A DNA stretch of 52,955 bases from Candidatus Saccharimonadota bacterium (GCA_017561835.1 JAFZBJ010000014.1:1-52955), one strand, 5' to 3'; shown: positions 22,720-32,593, numbered from the stretch's first letter. Notes: generated from the sequence alone by a model not told the origin. A program made the numbers and translations.

Positions 22720-23574
22720 ATGAACCAAGAACTAGTTAGAATCAACACAACCGATAATATTGAACAGCCTGGCATTTTATACACGCCAACCACGCCGACC
22801 AACAAAATTGTCATCCATGTTCACGGCCTCAATGGTAATTTTTATGAAAACCGTTTTCTCGATCCACTAGCCAAAGCCTACATCAAAAAAGGCTGTGCGT
22901 TTTTAACATTCAACAACCGCGGTAGAGACTTTATTAGTGAGCTACATCAAGGCACTGGCTACGCCGTCATCGGCGGTAGCTACGAAAGATTCAAAGACTG
23001 TTTGATGGATATCGACGGCGTCGTGAATTGGGTCAAAGAAAAAGGTTTCAGTGAAATCATTCTTGAAGGCCACAGCTACGGCTGCAACAAAGTTTTATAT
23101 TATTACAACCAACGCAAAGATGATATTTTCCAAAAAATTGTTTTACTTGCGCCATGCGACATTCCTTCCGAAACTAAAATGTTTCTAGGCGAAGAATATG
23201 ACCGCGTCAAAACCGAAGCCACAAAATGCGTAGAAGAAAACAAGGAGCGCGAGCTGCTAGACTATTCCATCATGGCCAATGGCAAAATTGCCGCCGGTAC
23301 TTTTTACTATGACTTTTTGCCGGGCGGTGAAAACGATTTTCTAAGATACCGCGACGGCGCCGAAGCCAAAAACGAATTGTTAAATGAAATTGATATTCCA
23401 GTGCTCGTGATTTTTGGCGACGAGGACAAATGTGTTTTGACTCAGCCAGCCGAAACAATTAAAAGCTACCTAGCGAATAATATCAAAAACTGCGACATCG
23501 AGGTTATTGCCGGCACCGGTCATTCCTACAGAAATAAATTCGAAGAACTCGCCCGCATTATCGAGAATAATTAA
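22720..23574 (+). CDS. alpha/beta hydrolase (DUF1749-like)
   Basis: HVHGLNGNFY, nucleophile elbow GHSYG, acid in G.ED and C-terminal GTGH. Confidence 0.82.
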   Translation: MNQELVRINTTDNIEQPGILYTPTTPTNKIVIHVHGLNGNFYENRFLDPLAKAYIKKGCAFLTFNNRGRDFISELHQGTGYAVIGGSYERFKDCLMDIDGVVNWVKEKGFSEIILEGHSYGCNKVLYYYNQRKDDIFQKIVLLAPCDIPSETKMFLGEEYDRVKTEATKCVEENKERELLDYSIMANGKIAAGTFYYDFLPGGENDFLRYRDGAEAKNELLNEIDIPVLVIFGDEDKCVLTQPAETIKSYLANNIKNCDIEVIAGTGHSYRNKFEELARIIENN

Positions 23575-23618
23575 GTATAACGGTGGCGCATTCGCCGTTT
23601 TATGGTATAATATTCTAC

Positions 23619-25499
23619 ATGAACGCAAACGAAATTCGTCAAAAATTCCTAGATTTTCAAGTTAAAAAAGGCCACAAAATCATTGCGCCAGCACCACTCG
23701 TGCTCGAAAATGATCCGACCACGCTTTTTACAGGCTCTGGCATGCAGCCACTTTTGCCATACCTCTTAGGCAAGCCTCACAAAGACGGCACTCGCCTCAC
23801 CGATTCCCAACCATCACTTCGTTTGCAAGATATTGAAGATGTCGGCGATCCGCGCCATACTACTGTGTTCGAAATGCTTGGTAACTGGTCGCTCGGCGAT
23901 TATTTTAAAGAAGAACAAATTAAGAATTTCTTTGAATTCTTAACTAAAGAAGTTGGCCTCGACCCAAACAAAATCTACGTCACCTGCTTTATTGGTAACG
24001 AAAAATATGGCATTCCAAAAGACGACGAAGCTGCCGCAATTTGGCAAAACGTCTTTAAAGAAGCCGGCATCGATGCCAAAATTGCCGAGATCGGCTCGGC
24101 CGAAAATGGCGACAAACGCGGCATCAAACCAGGCGAACATATCTTCTTCTACGACGATCACGAAAACTGGTGGAGCCGTGGCGGTGGCATCGAAACCACT
24201 CCACTTGGCGACCCATGCGGCCCAGACTCCGAAGTTTTCTACGATTTTGGCGACGACAAACAAGACGTGGCTAAATATGGCCTCGCCCACCCAGCTTCAG
24301 ACGGCGCCCGTTTCATGGAAATCGGTAACCAAGTATTCATGCAATATCGCAGAAAAGACGACGGCACTTTTGAAGAACTCGAAAAGAAAAACGTCGATTT
24401 TGGTGGCGGCCTCGAGCGTATCACCGCAGCCTCAATCGATAGCTTTGACGTCTTTAAGGTTTCGCTTCTAAAACCTATCGTTGATAAACTCGAAGAATTA
24501 TCCGGCAAAAAGTACGAAAACAATACTGCCGACATGCGCGTGATTGCCGACCACTTGCGTGGCGCCTATCTTCTTGCTGCTCAAGGCCTTACGCCAAGCA
24601 ACAAAGCTCAGGGCTATGCACTCCGCCGCTTAATTCGCCGCGCGATTTTGCGCGCTCTCGATCTTAACATCGCGCAGAACTTCCTTTCTGAAATCATTCC
24701 AATCATTGCCGACAACTACACCGAGCTTCCGGACAGCATTTTGACGAACCGCAACGAAGCTCTAGCTGTTCTCGAGAAAGAAGAAAACGCTTTCCGCCAA
24801 ACTTTGAACAAAGGCTTGAAAGAACTTCGCAAAATCACCAAAACTTCCGACCAACTTACTGGCGAAGATTTGTTCCGCTTACAAGACACCTACGGCTTCC
24901 CACTAGAACTATCCATAGAAGAATGTTTCCGTGAAAGCATCAAACTTTCCGAAAACTACCAAGCCGAGTTCGAAGCGGCCTTAAACGAACAACGTGAACG
25001 CAGCAAAACTGCATCAAAAGGCATGTTCAAGGGTGGTCTCGAAGACCACGGCGAACAAACCGTTAAATATCACACCGCCTGTCACTTGATGCTTGCCGCT
25101 TTGCAAAAACTCGTTGATAGTTCCATTTGTCAAAAAGGTTCCAATATTACTTCAGAACGCGTGCGTTTTGACTTCAACTTGGACCACAAAATGGAAGAAA
25201 GCGAATTAAAAGCTGTCGAAGACCAAGTTAACGAATGGATCGCCGCCGATCTTCCAGTAGTTCACGCTGAATACGAAAAGAATTTTGCGAAAAACGAGCT
25301 CAAAGCTCACGGCCAATTCTGGGAAAAATATCCAGACATGCTTACCGTCTATACTATCGGTGACGAGAATAATCCAGTCTCTCGCGAGGTCTGTGGCGGC
25401 CCACACGTCGAACATACTGGCGTCCTTGGCCATTTCAAAATTGTGAAAGAAGAATCTTCATCCGCTGGCGTGCGCCGCATCAAAGCCATTCTTGAATAG
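23619..25499 (+). CDS. alaS: alanine--tRNA ligase (short form, no C-Ala domain)
   Basis: DPTTLFTGSGMQP, HTTVFEMLGNWS.GDYFK, GGLER, editing motifs HTACH and CGGPH. Ends at GVRRIKAILE. Confidence 0.95.
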   Translation: MNANEIRQKFLDFQVKKGHKIIAPAPLVLENDPTTLFTGSGMQPLLPYLLGKPHKDGTRLTDSQPSLRLQDIEDVGDPRHTTVFEMLGNWSLGDYFKEEQIKNFFEFLTKEVGLDPNKIYVTCFIGNEKYGIPKDDEAAAIWQNVFKEAGIDAKIAEIGSAENGDKRGIKPGEHIFFYDDHENWWSRGGGIETTPLGDPCGPDSEVFYDFGDDKQDVAKYGLAHPASDGARFMEIGNQVFMQYRRKDDGTFEELEKKNVDFGGGLERITAASIDSFDVFKVSLLKPIVDKLEELSGKKYENNTADMRVIADHLRGAYLLAAQGLTPSNKAQGYALRRLIRRAILRALDLNIAQNFLSEIIPIIADNYTELPDSILTNRNEALAVLEKEENAFRQTLNKGLKELRKITKTSDQLTGEDLFRLQDTYGFPLELSIEECFRESIKLSENYQAEFEAALNEQRERSKTASKGMFKGGLEDHGEQTVKYHTACHLMLAALQKLVDSSICQKGSNITSERVRFDFNLDHKMEESELKAVEDQVNEWIAADLPVVHAEYEKNFAKNELKAHGQFWEKYPDMLTVYTIGDENNPVSREVCGGPHVEHTGVLGHFKIVKEESSSAGVRRIKAILE

Positions 25500-25516
25500 T
25501 ATGCTATAATAATAGC

Positions 25517-26734
25517 ATGAGCACTATACTCGCCTTAGATATTGGTACAGAGTTTGTTAAGGCCGTGATTGCTAAATCTGGCAAAAAGGGCCAACTTGAA
25601 GTGATTGGTGTGGGCAAAGCCCACCAGGCGCTCGGCAACATGTATGCCGGCGCGATTGCTGATATTCCAGCCGTGGTTTCGGTCTGCGAAAAGGCCTTGG
25701 TTGATGCCGAAGAAAAAGCCGGCGAAACCGCCAAACTCGTAGTAGTTGGCATGGCCGGCGAGCTCGTCAAAGGCAACACTACCACCGTTAAATATCACCG
25801 TGAAAATTCCAATCGTCCAATCACCGAAGACGAAATGAATGAAATTATTAATAAGGTACAACAAAAATCTGGCGAAATCGCCAAGAAAACTATCGCTCTT
25901 GAAACCGGCAACGAAAACACCGAGATCCGCTTGATTAATTCCGCCATCGTTTCACTCACGATTGATGGTTACAAAGTTAGTAACCCGATCGGCTTTAAAG
26001 GTTCCGAACTTGAAATTCAATTCTACACAGCATTCGCGCCACTCATTCACATTGCGGCCATCGAAAAAGTCTGTGCCGAACTCAATCTCGAACTTCTGGC
26101 TGTGGCCGTAGAGCCATTCGCGATTTGCCGCGCCTGCCTCGGCGACAACCTCGAATCCCGCTTCTCAAGCATAGTAGTTGATGTTGGTGGCGGCACCACC
26201 GATGTTGCCGTGATCGACGACGGCAGTGTAGAAGGCACCAAAATGTTCTCGATCGGCGGCCGCAACTTTACCCGCCAAATTATGAACGCGCTCGACGTGG
26301 ATTATGACACCGCCGAACAATATAAGATTAATCCAGAGGACTTAAAAGAGGACGACAAAAAGAAAGTCGAAAAAGTCATCGAAAAAAATCTTGCCGTCTG
26401 GCTTTCTGGTATCAAAGTTGTAATCGAAGATTTTAATTTGGACGACACTTTGCCAAAAACCATCCTACTTTGTGGTGGTGGCGCCGGCCTTTCAGCTTTG
26501 CAAGAAACTCTCGCGATTTCGGATTGGTACAAGGATTTGCCGTTTAGCCGCCGCCCGGTTATTTATCTTGCAGACATCAAAGATTTGCCAGATTTAAGTT
26601 TCAAAACTGAAGACGAACTGGATTATTCATTCATGACCGCGCTCGGTTTGTTGCGTGTTGGCGTAGACACCTTGGCTAGCGCGCCAAGCGAAGATGGCCT
26701 AAGAGCCAAACTATCCAGACTTTTGCAAAAATAA
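25517..26734 (+). CDS. FtsA-like actin-family ATPase
   Basis: ALDIGTEFVKA, VDVGGGTTD, GG..FT and LCGGGA motifs, with a C-terminal amphipathic helix. No ftsZ nearby. Confidence 0.8.
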   Translation: MSTILALDIGTEFVKAVIAKSGKKGQLEVIGVGKAHQALGNMYAGAIADIPAVVSVCEKALVDAEEKAGETAKLVVVGMAGELVKGNTTTVKYHRENSNRPITEDEMNEIINKVQQKSGEIAKKTIALETGNENTEIRLINSAIVSLTIDGYKVSNPIGFKGSELEIQFYTAFAPLIHIAAIEKVCAELNLELLAVAVEPFAICRACLGDNLESRFSSIVVDVGGGTTDVAVIDDGSVEGTKMFSIGGRNFTRQIMNALDVDYDTAEQYKINPEDLKEDDKKKVEKVIEKNLAVWLSGIKVVIEDFNLDDTLPKTILLCGGGAGLSALQETLAISDWYKDLPFSRRPVIYLADIKDLPDLSFKTEDELDYSFMTALGLLRVGVDTLASAPSEDGLRAKLSRLLQK

Positions 26735-27559
26735 TTACGGTTTTATTTCAAGCCACTCGCCGGTTTTAAGACCGGTAAGTTGGTATTTACCAAATTGAAT
26801 GCGATGAAGTGCCACGACTTTGTAGCCTAACGCGGCAAACGTGCGGCGAATCTGGCGATTACGGCCTTCGCTCATCGTGACGCGCCAGCTGATACGCGAG
26901 TCATCATTAAGTCGCATTAAGCCAAGTTTCGAAACACCATCCTCAAGTTGCACACCAAAATCATTGATCATTTGCTGGTGTAGAGGCTCAAGGTCGCGAT
27001 CCAAAGTCACCTCATAGACTTTTTCTTTGTAAAACTTTGGGTGAGTCATTTGAAAAGCAAAATCACCGTCGTTGGTGAGCAAAATCAAACCCGAAGAATC
27101 CTTATCAAGCCGGCCTACAGTTTTTAAAACCCGGAGGTCTTTTGGCAGCAAATCATAAAGCGTTGGCGCATCACCCTGCGCACGGCGGGAACAAACGTAG
27201 CCAACTGGTTTATTGAAAGCGATATAAGAAAAACCCGTTTCATGGGGTACTATTTTCTCATTATAGCATACTTTATCGGTTTTGTCAACTCGCGCCCCTA
27301 ATACGGCGGTATCGCCATTAATAGTTACGAGCCCACCAACAATCGCCTCGTCGGCATCGCGTCGCGAGATCCCAAGGCGTTCGGCTAAAAACTTATTGAG
27401 CCGGATTGGTTGGTTGAGCTGGGCCGGCTGGCTGGACTGGAGCGGCTGGAGCGGCTGGTTGAGCCCAGGTTGAAGCGGCTGGCTGTGCTGCTTGTCCCCA
27501 GGTAGATTGGACTCCTTGCTGCGCGGTCGGTGCGGCTGCCGGGTTTGCGGCTGGACCAT
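26735..27559 (-). CDS. rRNA pseudouridine synthase, RsuA/RluB family
   Basis: S4 domain RLNKFLA..G.SRR.AD, NKPVG, catalytic GRLDKDSSGL and EGRNRQIRR. The only canonical start before S4 is ATG 27559, inside the upstream gene. Confidence 0.9.
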   Translation of the reverse strand: MVQPQTRQPHRPRSKESNLPGDKQHSQPLQPGLNQPLQPLQSSQPAQLNQPIRLNKFLAERLGISRRDADEAIVGGLVTINGDTAVLGARVDKTDKVCYNEKIVPHETGFSYIAFNKPVGYVCSRRAQGDAPTLYDLLPKDLRVLKTVGRLDKDSSGLILLTNDGDFAFQMTHPKFYKEKVYEVTLDRDLEPLHQQMINDFGVQLEDGVSKLGLMRLNDDSRISWRVTMSEGRNRQIRRTFAALGYKVVALHRIQFGKYQLTGLKTGEWLEIKP

Positions 27560-27932
27560 TTGGTTTATCTCCTAACACTTCGTGGATTACATTAACAACG
27601 TCTTCAATACCAACTTGAGATTTCACTAAATAACGGTCGGCACCAAGCTCTTCGCCGCGTTTGCGCTGATCATCGGAGGAAAGAGCAGTCATCATTACGA
27701 CTTTAATAGCTTGGGTTTCAGGGGTAGACCGCAAAATATCGAGCATGTCGAAGCCAGAAATCTTTGGCATCATCACGTCTGATAATACTAGGTCTGGGCG
27801 CTCGCGCACGGCTACAGACAAAGCCTCTTCGCCATCGCCGGCCACGACAATCGTGTAGCCTTCGGCCGCCAGACGGATGCTATAAATCTCGCGCAAGGCG
27901 AAATCATCCTCGACAATCATTATTTTACTCAT
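27393..27932 (-). CDS. stand-alone response regulator receiver with Pro/Ala/Gln-rich tail
   Basis: IMIVEDD, phosphoacceptor D in SDVMMP, MTA and YLVK. No output domain. Confidence 0.92.
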   Translation of the reverse strand: MSKIMIVEDDFALREIYSIRLAAEGYTIVVAGDGEEALSVAVRERPDLVLSDVMMPKISGFDMLDILRSTPETQAIKVVMMTALSSDDQRKRGEELGADRYLVKSQVGIEDVVNVIHEVLGDKPNGPAANPAAAPTAQQGVQSTWGQAAQPAASTWAQPAAPAAPVQPAGPAQPTNPAQ

Positions 27933-29316
27933 TTGGTCCTCCGTTGTTATTTATTGAATTTGTTTGAACTGGTTGCGGTGCTGGCGCTGGTGCCGGTTGT
28001 GGCTGCGGCACTGGCTGCGGAGCTGGTTGCGGTGCAGGAGCTGGAGCAGGTGCTGGAGCTGGAGCAGGTGCTGGTTGTGGCCGGGCGGTCATCATTTGTT
28101 GTTCTTTGGCAGCCTCGGCAGCTTGCTGGTTTTGAAAATCAATCAAACGTTTGCTGTATTCATCTGGCGACAAGCGCGGCAGGGAAACATAAAAGGTCGA
28201 ACCTTCGCCAAACGAAGATTCCGCCCAAATCCGGCCATTCATCGTTTCAACACGTTGTTTTACAAGATAAAGGCCAAGACCAGTACCACCCACGGTGCGA
28301 GTTTGCGAATTGTCAGCGCGATAAAACTTCTGGAAAATGTGCTGCAAATCATCGGCCGAAATACCAACGCCAGTGTCGGTAACATTAATCAAGGCGCGAT
28401 CGCCATCGCCAAGCACGTTCACATAAATCGAACCGCCTTCCGGTGTGTACTTGATGGCATTATCAAGCAGATTGCCCATAATTTCTTGCATGAAATTCAT
28501 ATCAACGTAGCCGTAAACAATCGGTTGTACGCTGCGCGCATTCACGAGCTCAGAATTAGTGCTGCCAAATTGATATTTGATATTTTTTTGATTGGCCTGC
28601 ACGGCAAAAGAATCGGAAATACGCTTTACGGTTTCCACCAAATCAACTGGCATAAAATGCGCCTTGATGCGACCATCATCAAATTTCGTCACATCAAGAA
28701 GATCCTGGAAAAGATGACCCAGATGTTTTGATGCATCGTGCGCTTCTTCAAGATATTTTTTGGCACGATCATCAATCGTGGCAGTTTGCGGATTTAAAGC
28801 GAGCGACAAATAACCCTCGATCGAAGCCACCGGCGTACGCATCTCGTGCGAGGCGGTAGAAATAAACTCGGCCTGTGCACCTTCTTCTTCGAGCTCTTTG
28901 GCGATGTTACGGAAAGTCACAACACGGTTGCCACGTCCACCGTCCATCACGGCTACAGAAACCGCGATCGGCGTGCGCTTATCAACTTTTTGCGCAATCA
29001 AATAACATTGAAAATTCTCGAGCGGTTGACCCATCACCATCGAGTTTACGAACTTGTTTTCGTTACCTTCAAACGGTTGACCGTTTTTAGATTCAATTTT
29101 GAAATTTAAATTATAATCAAGCCCCACTACGTCGGTAGCACCTTCGAGATTAAGCATCGTAACAGCAGCTGGATTCATAAATTGGATCACGCCGCTCGCA
29201 TCCGTAATCATGACACCTTCATTAATGGCATCAAGAGCCATTTCCGACCAGGCTGAGCGCCCACCGTCAGAAGTTTTCACTACAGGACTTTCGGTTTTTT
29301 TCCACGGAAAATTCAT
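27925..29316 (-). CDS. cytoplasmic PAS-domain histidine kinase
   Basis: PAS-like N-terminus, H-box ASHEMRTP, NLLDNAIKYT, DTGVGI and GGTGLGL. (PA)n tail. Confidence 0.93.
   Translation of the reverse strand: MNFPWKKTESPVVKTSDGGRSAWSEMALDAINEGVMITDASGVIQFMNPAAVTMLNLEGATDVVGLDYNLNFKIESKNGQPFEGNENKFVNSMVMGQPLENFQCYLIAQKVDKRTPIAVSVAVMDGGRGNRVVTFRNIAKELEEEGAQAEFISTASHEMRTPVASIEGYLSLALNPQTATIDDRAKKYLEEAHDASKHLGHLFQDLLDVTKFDDGRIKAHFMPVDLVETVKRISDSFAVQANQKNIKYQFGSTNSELVNARSVQPIVYGYVDMNFMQEIMGNLLDNAIKYTPEGGSIYVNVLGDGDRALINVTDTGVGISADDLQHIFQKFYRADNSQTRTVGGTGLGLYLVKQRVETMNGRIWAESSFGEGSTFYVSLPRLSPDEYSKRLIDFQNQQAAEAAKEQQMMTARPQPAPAPAPAPAPAPAPQPAPQPVPQPQPAPAPAPQPVQTNSINNNGGPNE
27968..28083 (-). repeat. coding tandem repeat encoding (PA)n/PQP
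   Basis: Repeated 6/12-nt units such as gctccagcacct encode PAPAPAPAPAPAPQPAPQP. Confidence 0.8.
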
Positions 29317-29363
29317 CAATTCTATTTTAGCACAAACGGAATGTTTTGTGGTATATTTTAACT

Positions 29364-31082
29364 ATGAATAAAGACGTAGTTTATATTGAACCTGAGGATG
29401 ATATTACTGATATCATTTCCAAAATTGAAAACGCAAAAGAAAAAATCGTTGCGCTCGTCGTTCCAAAGAAAGCTGATATTTTTCGTAGTGCCGTAAACGT
29501 AAAGTTGATGGCCAAAACCAGCGTCGAAGCCAAAAAAAGCGTCGTACTTGTTACTACCGAGCCTTCGATTGTTAAACTGGCCGCTATCGCCAAACTTCCA
29601 GTGACCAAAGATCTAAAAACTGTACCAACCGTGCCAGAAATCGAAGATAGCGATCTTAAAGTTGTCGAAATCAAAGACGAAAAAGAAGCTGTCGAAGAGC
29701 CAGCTGAAGAATCAGAACCAGAAAAAGCTGAGGAAGAAGAAGTAAAAGAAGAAGCTACTGACGAAAAAGACGACAAATCCGAAGAGGAAAATGACAAAGC
29801 CGAAGAAATTATCGAAGAAATTAAAGAAGAAAAGAAACCAGAAGTTAAAAAACCAGCTAAAAAAGCCGACAAAAAAGGTGGCTTCTTTGGCTTTATTAAA
29901 CATCACAAAATTCTCGTAGGTTTAACACCGGTCTTTATCGCGCTAATCGTGCTTGTCCTGTTCTGGGCCTTTGTAATCGCTCCAGCCGTCAACATTACTG
30001 TTGCCATTCGCACCATCAAAAATAACTTCGCCGAAAACATCACCTTCACCACCAAGCTCGAAGAAGAAGACGCCAAAGTCGGCAAATTCTACCTAGAAGA
30101 AAAGAAATCAATCTCGCCAGTTAAGGTCGAATTCAAAGCCACCGGCACTAAGAACATTGGTGAAAAAGCCAAGGGCCAAGTGGTAGCCTTCCTCTACTTT
30201 GAACGTGCCGGCACCATCAACATTCCAAAGGGTACGAGCTTTAGCAAAAATGGTTTGTATTACACTTCCGATGCCGACGCCGCATTGAGTTGGGATGGCA
30301 CCAGCCCAGACCCATGCGAAAACATCTCAACCTTTGAAGATTTCGTCAAAGAAAAAGCCTGCCTCATTACCACCAACGTATCCATCACGGCAAACGGTTC
30401 CGGCTCGTCCTACAACGTCGCCCCATCCACCGATGGCTGGGCCGCTAACGTAGGTGTCGGCGTCTACTCCGTAAGCGAAATTTCCGGTGGTACCGACCGC
30501 ACCATTACCGTCGTCCAACAATCCGATATCGACGCGGCTAAAGAAGCCTTGACTTCACCAGCCAACGAAACCGAAAACCGCGCCGCTTTGCTCGCGACCA
30601 TCGGTGAAGATGTCTACAAAATCGAATCCAGCTTTAAACAAAGCATCGGCGAAGTCACTTCAAGCCCAGCCCTCGACGAAGAAGTTAAAGAAGGCGTCAC
30701 GCCAACCTTAAGTTCTAATCTTACCGCTTCAATCTTTGTACTTGATCTCACCAAAGTCAAAGAATACATCACCGAAACCGCCAAAGTTTCCGATAAAAAC
30801 CGCATCTATAGCGTTGAGGATCCATTCATCGAAAGCTTCACAACCACCGAAACTGGCTACGCCGGCCGCCTCAAAACTGTCTACGTAGTTGGTCCAAACA
30901 TTTCCGCCGAATCTATCCTCGAAAACGTCAAAGGCCAACCAATCGGCAAGATTAAGCCAGTCATCATGGACCTCAGCGGCCAGAATTCCACCGTCGTCAC
31001 TATCGACCGTTCCTTCCCATGGGTAAACTCCGTACCAAACGATCCAAATAAAATCAACATCGAGATTATCACGGAGGAATAA
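29364..31082 (+). CDS. single-TM protein with acidic linker and a baseplate J-like ectodomain
   Basis: N-terminal globular domain (YIEPEDDIT..VALVVPK..N.KL), E/K-rich linker and TM. Ectodomain ATG.K..GEKA.G..IPKGT..V.A..G..YN..GGT..V.Q.DI resembles baseplate-J-like proteins of CPR bacteria (from memory). Confidence 0.7.
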   Translation: MNKDVVYIEPEDDITDIISKIENAKEKIVALVVPKKADIFRSAVNVKLMAKTSVEAKKSVVLVTTEPSIVKLAAIAKLPVTKDLKTVPTVPEIEDSDLKVVEIKDEKEAVEEPAEESEPEKAEEEEVKEEATDEKDDKSEEENDKAEEIIEEIKEEKKPEVKKPAKKADKKGGFFGFIKHHKILVGLTPVFIALIVLVLFWAFVIAPAVNITVAIRTIKNNFAENITFTTKLEEEDAKVGKFYLEEKKSISPVKVEFKATGTKNIGEKAKGQVVAFLYFERAGTINIPKGTSFSKNGLYYTSDADAALSWDGTSPDPCENISTFEDFVKEKACLITTNVSITANGSGSSYNVAPSTDGWAANVGVGVYSVSEISGGTDRTITVVQQSDIDAAKEALTSPANETENRAALLATIGEDVYKIESSFKQSIGEVTSSPALDEEVKEGVTPTLSSNLTASIFVLDLTKVKEYITETAKVSDKNRIYSVEDPFIESFTTTETGYAGRLKTVYVVGPNISAESILENVKGQPIGKIKPVIMDLSGQNSTVVTIDRSFPWVNSVPNDPNKINIEIITEE

Positions 31083-31084
31083 AA

Positions 31085-32593
31085 ATGCTCATTCTAGGTT
31101 TAGATGTGGGCGAAAAAAGAATTGGCGTCGCTAAAGCCGATTCAAATGTTAAGATCGCAATTCCAATTTCTACTATCGAAGTAGACGGCAACGAATTTCA
31201 AGAAATCGCTCGCCTCACTCGGCTCTACAACACTAGCGCCGTAGTGCTTGGCTTGCCGCGCAGCAACGAGGGCAACGAAACCGCGCAATCACTTTATGTG
31301 CGCAACTTCGCCAAAACCCTAGCCGAAAAAGTTCCTAACGTAAAAATCAATTTCCAAGATGAATCTTTGACTTCGGTTGAAGCCGAAAAACGCCTCAAAG
31401 CTCGCAAAAAGAATTACGAAAAAGGCGAAATCGACGCCGAGGCTGCCTCGATCATTTTGCAAGATTTCATCGAAAACTACCGCGAAAAAGCGGAAACTAC
31501 GTCAAAAAAAACTAATATAGCCGAAAAAACTTCCAAGAAAATTATGCTCGAATCCAAAAAAGCTACCGAAAAATCAAAAAAAGTCCTCAAACTTTTTGTC
31601 GTGCCGCCAATCATTTTATTCTTAGTTTTAGTAGTGTTAGGCGGATTACTTTGGTATAAAAACAGCCTCAGTGGTAGCACTTTAAACTGCGCCGATGACT
31701 GCCCGGTTATCACCGTAGAAGACGGCGAAGCAACCGAATCGATCATCAAAAAACTCAGCGACAAAGGCTTGATTGGCAACGAACTCGCCTTCAAAATCTA
31801 TCTCAAGTTAGAACGTGGCAATGCCGTCATCAAATCCGGCACTTATTACTTTGAAAACGGCCGCGCCTACTCGGCCAAAGATATCGTAGATATGTTGGAA
31901 CTTGGCGCCAAAGGCGACAATGTTTTTGCCTTCACAATTTTACCAGGCGAAACTATCTTTGATGTCAAAAAGAAACTCGTAAACCTTGGCTATGAACAAA
32001 CCGAAATCGAAGAAGCCTTTGCAGTCAAAAAATACGAAGGTTATCTATTTGGTGAAACGCATGAATTTTACAAAAACACGCCAGTTACCGATATTCTAGA
32101 AACCTTCTACGCCGAAACCGAGCGCGTAATCGCAGAAAACGACCTCGTAAAAAAATATGAAGAAAGAGGTCTTACTCTAGACCAGGGAATCACCCTGGCT
32201 TCAATCGTCCAAAAGGAAGCTCACGGCAAAGAACAGCCAACCGTGGCCCAAGTTTTCCTTACCCGCATCGCCTACGGAATCCCGCTTGGTAGCGACGTAA
32301 CGGTTTCTTACGCACTTGATGTTGTCGACCCAGACCGCAACATCTATAAAGACAACCAGTCTGCCCTAATGATTGACTCTTGTTATAATACTCGCCGCTA
32401 CGCCGGTCTCCCTTGTGGCCCAATCTCGAGCCCAAGCCTTTCCGCGCTCCTGGCCGTAGCAAACCCATCTGATACCAGTTATCTTTATTTCTTGACAGGT
32501 GACGACGGGACGATGTATTATAGTTATACAGAGGCCGAGCACAACCAGAAGATTCGTGACTACTGCAAGGTTCTCTGTGACGTTTCATTATGA
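31085..32593 (+). CDS. RuvX/YqgF nuclease fused to endolytic transglycosylase MltG
   Basis: aa 1-135 show LGLDVGEKRIGVA, VLGLP, DESLTS and DAEAASIILQ (YqgF). Then a TM, then MltG motifs EGYLF, LASIVQKE, YNT..Y.GLP.GPI..P and YLYF. One continuous frame. Confidence 0.9.
   Translation: MLILGLDVGEKRIGVAKADSNVKIAIPISTIEVDGNEFQEIARLTRLYNTSAVVLGLPRSNEGNETAQSLYVRNFAKTLAEKVPNVKINFQDESLTSVEAEKRLKARKKNYEKGEIDAEAASIILQDFIENYREKAETTSKKTNIAEKTSKKIMLESKKATEKSKKVLKLFVVPPIILFLVLVVLGGLLWYKNSLSGSTLNCADDCPVITVEDGEATESIIKKLSDKGLIGNELAFKIYLKLERGNAVIKSGTYYFENGRAYSAKDIVDMLELGAKGDNVFAFTILPGETIFDVKKKLVNLGYEQTEIEEAFAVKKYEGYLFGETHEFYKNTPVTDILETFYAETERVIAENDLVKKYEERGLTLDQGITLASIVQKEAHGKEQPTVAQVFLTRIAYGIPLGSDVTVSYALDVVDPDRNIYKDNQSALMIDSCYNTRRYAGLPCGPISSPSLSALLAVANPSDTSYLYFLTGDDGTMYYSYTEAEHNQKIRDYCKVLCDVSL

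Noticed and set aside
29364-31082. Prophage, suggested by the baseplate-J-like domain
   Set aside because: The protein has a TM, core-like signals and no neighbouring phage structural or integrase genes.
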